64,000 bases of DNA, from assembly GCF_009914755.1 (NCBI RefSeq), contig NC_060947.1. One strand, written 5' to 3'. Positions within the stretch are counted from its first letter, which is position 1, and every line of letters starts with the position of its first letter. The position numbers and the translations under genes were made by a program. The DNA comes from the human T2T-CHM13v2.0 reference genome, Homo sapiens. The notes beneath the pieces are model-generated. The model searched no databases and was not told the origin of the DNA. It saw only the letters and a list, made by a program, of their open reading frames with translations. This document shows, one piece after another, positions 60,201-64,000 of this stretch.

Positions 60201-63200
60201 CAGTGATCATTCAGGAACAGGTTATTTAATTTCATGTATTTGCATGATTTTGAAGGTTACTTTTGGAGTTGATTTCCAGTTTTATTCCACTGCGGTCTGA
60301 GAGAGTGCTTGATATAATTTCAGTTTTCTTAAATTTATTCAGGCTTGTTTTATGGCCTATCATATGGTATGTCTTGGAGAAAGTTCCATGCACTGTTGAA
60401 TAGAATATGTATTCTGCAGTTGTTGGACGAAATGTTCTGTATGTATCTGTTAAGTCAATTTGTTCCGAGGTATAGTTTACATCCATTGTTTCTTTGTTGA
60501 CCTTCTGTCTTGATGACCTGTCTAGTGCTGTCAGTGGAGTACTGAAGTCCCCCACTGTTATTGTGTTGTTGTCTAACTCATTTCTTAGGTCTGTTAGTAA
60601 TTGTTTTATAAATTTGGGAGGTCCTATGTTAGGTGCATATATGTTTAAGATTGTGATAGTTTTCCATTGGACAAGGCTTTTCACCATTATATAATGTCCC
60701 TCTTTGTCTTTGTTAACTGCTGTTGCTTTCAAGTTTGTTTCTTCTGATATAACAACAGCTACTCCAGCTCGGTTTTGGTGTCCATTTGCATGAAGTGTCT
60801 CTTTCCACTTCTTTACCTTACGTTTGTGTGAGTCCTCATGTGTTAGGTGAGTCTCCTGAAGGCAGCAGATAATTGGTTGGTGAGTTCTTATCCATTCTGC
60901 GGTTTTGTATCTTTTAAGTGGAGCATTTAGGCCATTTACATTCAATGTTAGTATTGAAATGTGAGGTTCTGTTGCATTGATTGTGCTCTTTGTTGTCTAT
61001 GTACTGTTTTTTTTTGTTTTTAGTTTTGGCCTTTTACTTGTATTTTTGTTATATAGGTCCTGCATGATTTATGCTTTAAAGAGTTTCTGTTTTGATGTGT
61101 TTCCAGGATTTGTTTCAAGAATTAGAGCTCCTTTTAGTGGTTTTTGTAGTGGTGGCTTGATAATGGTGAATTCTCTTAGCCTTTGTCTGAAAAAGGCTAT
61201 ATTTTTCCTTCATGTATGATGCTTAGTTTTGCTGCACACAAAATTCTTGGCTGATTTTTTGTTTGTTTGTTTGTTTGTTTGAGGAGGCTGAAGATAGATA
61301 GCTCATAGCTTGTAGGGTTTCTGCTGACAAATCTGCTGTTAATCTGATAGGTTTTCATAGGTTATCTGGTGTTTTTGTCTCACAGCTCTTAAGATTCTTT
61401 CCTTCATCTTAACTTTGGATAGCCCAACGAAAATGTGCCTAGGCTATGACCTTTTTGTGATGAATTTTCCAGGCATTCTTTGTGCTTCTCATATTTGGAT
61501 GTCTATGTCTCTATCAAGGCTGGGGAAATTTTCCTCAATTATTCCCCCAAATGTGTTTTCCAAGCTTTTAGAATTCTCTTCTTCCTCAGGAACACGGATT
61601 ATTCCTAGGTTTAGTTGTTTAACATAATCCTAGAATTCTTGGAGGCTTTGTTCATATTTTCTTATTCTTTTTTCTTTGTCTTTGTTGGATTGGGTTAATT
61701 CAAATACCTTGTCTTCAAGCTGTCAATTTCTGTCTTCTACTTGTTCAATTCGGTTGCTGAGACTGTCCAGAACATTTCCCATATCTAAAAGTATGTCCAA
61801 AGTTTCCTGAATTTTTGATTGTTTTTTCTTTGAGCTATCTGTTTCCTTGAATATTTCTCCATTCAGTTCTTGTATCGTTTTTGGATTTCCTTGCATTGGG
61901 CTTTGCCTTTCTCTGGTGCCTCCCTGATTAGCTTAATAACTAACCTCCTGAATTCCTCTTCAGGTAAATCAGGGATTTCTTCTTGGTTTGGATCCATTGC
62001 TGGTGAACTAGTGTGATTTTTGGGGGCTGTTAAAGAGCCTTGTTATGTAATATTACCAGGGTTTGTTTTCTGTTTCATTCTCATTTGGGTATGCTCTGTC
62101 AGAGGGAAGATCTAGGGCCAAAGGCTGTTGTTCAGATTCTTTTGTCCCACGGGGTGTTTCCTTGATGTAGTACTCTCCTCCGTTTCCTATGGATGTGGCT
62201 TCCTGTGAGCTGAACTGCTGTGATTGTTGTCTCTCTTCTGGATCCAGCTACCCAGAGAGTCTGTTCAGCTCTGGGCTGGTACTGGGTGTTGTCTGCATGG
62301 AGTTCTGTGATGTGAACCGCCTATGGGTCTGTCAGCCATGGATACCAGTGCCTGTTCCAGTGGAGGTGGCAGGGGGGGGTGCAGTGGACTCCATTATGGT
62401 TTTTAGCTTTGGTGGTTTAATGTTCTATTTTTTTGCTGGTTGGCCTCCTGCCAGGAGGTGGCACTTTCCAGAGAGCATCACCTGTAGTAGTATGGAGAGG
62501 GACTGGTGGTGGGTGGGGCCCTAGAAATCCTAAGATTATATGCCCTTTGTCTTCTGCTACCAGGGTGAGTAGGGAAGGAACATTAGGTGGGGGCAGGGCT
62601 AGGTGTGTCTGAGCTCAGGCTGTCCTTGGGCCGGTCTTGCTGTGGCTGCCGTAGGGGATGGGGTCGAGATGCCCAGGTCACTGGAGTTGTGTACCTAGGA
62701 GGATTATGGCTGCCTCTGCTGAGTTCTGCAGGTTGTCAGGGAAGTGGGGGAAAGCCAGGAGTCACAGGCCTCACCCAGCTCCCATGTAAACCGAAGTGCT
62801 GGTCTCACTCCCACCATGCCCCCTCCAACAGCCCCAAGTCTGTTTCCAGGCAGTGGGCACGACTGGCTTGAAAAATTGCCCAGACTACCTGCCTCCAAGT
62901 TGAGAAAGAAAAACTTCTTTCCCTGCCTGTGGAGTCTGCACACTGGATTTGTGCCCTCCCCCTAGTTCTGGCCAGGAGGCTTCTTGCCCCATTGAAATTG
63001 TTAAAAAGGTCAGCTAGAGATTTCCTTCTCCCTGTGGAGATTTACCCCCTGCTCCTCTGGCCTCCCTCCTGATGGATCCCTGTTTTGTCAGGCAGGAATG
63101 GGCTGCTTGGGGACCCAGCAAGCTTCCAGGGCCTTTCTGCTGCTTTCTCTACCCCTGTATTTCACTCGGCTCTCTAAATTGACTCAGCTCCAGGTAAGGT

Positions 63201-63371
63201 CATACATTTCTCCCACAAACAGACCTTCAGATTCTTCAGTGGGGGTGTGTGTTTGGGAGGGGAGGGTCTCCCTTTCTCACTTCCACAGTTGGGGCACTCA
63301 CAGTATTTGGGGTATCTCCCAGGTCCTGCAGGAGCAATCTGCTTCCTTAAGAGGGTCTGTGGGTCCTCTCC
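57264..63371 (-). mobile_element. Near full-length L1PB1, antisense in UPRT intron 1, with a short 3' transduction
   Basis: Minus-strand ORF2 remnants (60232..60945, 58967..59515, 58183..58566), an L1PB1 3' end at ~57320 and 5'UTR to 63370. TSD tctgtcccatttt 57251-57263 / tctgtcctatttt 63372-63384. Confidence 0.92.
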
Positions 63372-64000
63372 TCTGTCCTATTTTGAATGTTCACATTGAA
63401 TGCAGCTTTGAGGTGCAGGTAAATAGTTATTGACACTCTGTGAGTTTATTAAGAAGGCGCTAAAGTGCTGTGGCCTTGATGCCTTGCACCTGGCAAAAAA
63501 AAAAAATAGTAACATAATATTATTTTTTTTAAACTTTTTGCTTTTGGTTAAATTTGCTCCAAATTCTTCACTGGGGGTTTGTTTTTGTGAAGGTAAAGGA
63601 AGGAGAAGGAAAACCATTCATAAATCATCTGTATACTACGACAAACTTTGGGACTATATTTTAGTGATCACATAATAATAAAGTAGTTATGGATGTAAAG
63701 CTCATGTTTTCACTAAACATTAAATGAAACATTCCTTTGGTTAAAACCTGCCGGAAAAGCTTTTTTTGTTGTACTTTCCTTTAACTTGTTGCTCAAAACC
63801 AAAAAAAGCACATTAGAGCTGAGTTTGAGTCCATTTAATTCTTCCTCCTCAACTTAGATTGCCTGGCAAAGTACAGGATGCTCAGTTAAATCTGAATTCA
63901 AATAAAGAATGAATAATTTTTTATGTTAAGTATGTCCTAAATATTTCATGGGATTTCTGAAATACAAATTTACTTGGGGGGGGGGTGGGTCCTGATTTTG

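Larger units (their letters stand above)
52317..64000 (+). other. UPRT: UPRT intron 1 (continues beyond the window)
   Basis: Follows the GT donor. I saw no downstream exon continuing the UPRTase domain, and the interval is repeat-dominated. Confidence 0.8.

Overview
Human genomic DNA; the AluYb8 insertion supports human origin. The window holds the promoter, first coding exon and start of intron 1 of UPRT (exon 1 CDS 51931-52316, + strand; Xq13.3 from recall of the gene). About 80% of the window is LINE-1, summed by eye. Upstream are two nests of L1s. The first is an L1PA3-type copy inside a full-length L1PB (7.1-19.8 kb). The second is a 26-kb stack (24.8-51.0 kb): an apparent MER5 split by an L1PA15-like fragment, which contains an L1PB1, which contains an L1PA6/7 chimera, which contains a 5'-inverted L1PA5, plus an L1PA4 and an AluYb8. 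Most layers are bounded by target-site duplications (TSDs) readable in the sequence. No L1 has intact ORF1 and ORF2, and apart from UPRT the supplied ORFs are L1 fragments or chance ORFs. I found no new gene system. The most unusual signal is that three independently inserted L1s of different subfamilies share non-consensus bases in a pairwise patchwork, consistent with non-allelic gene conversion. Other signals are the ZNF93-escape deletion in one 5'UTR but not its neighbour, an open ORF0, an in-frame RT-to-ORF1 chimeric junction and short 3' transductions. Subfamily names come from remembered diagnostic motifs, not a RepeatMasker run.
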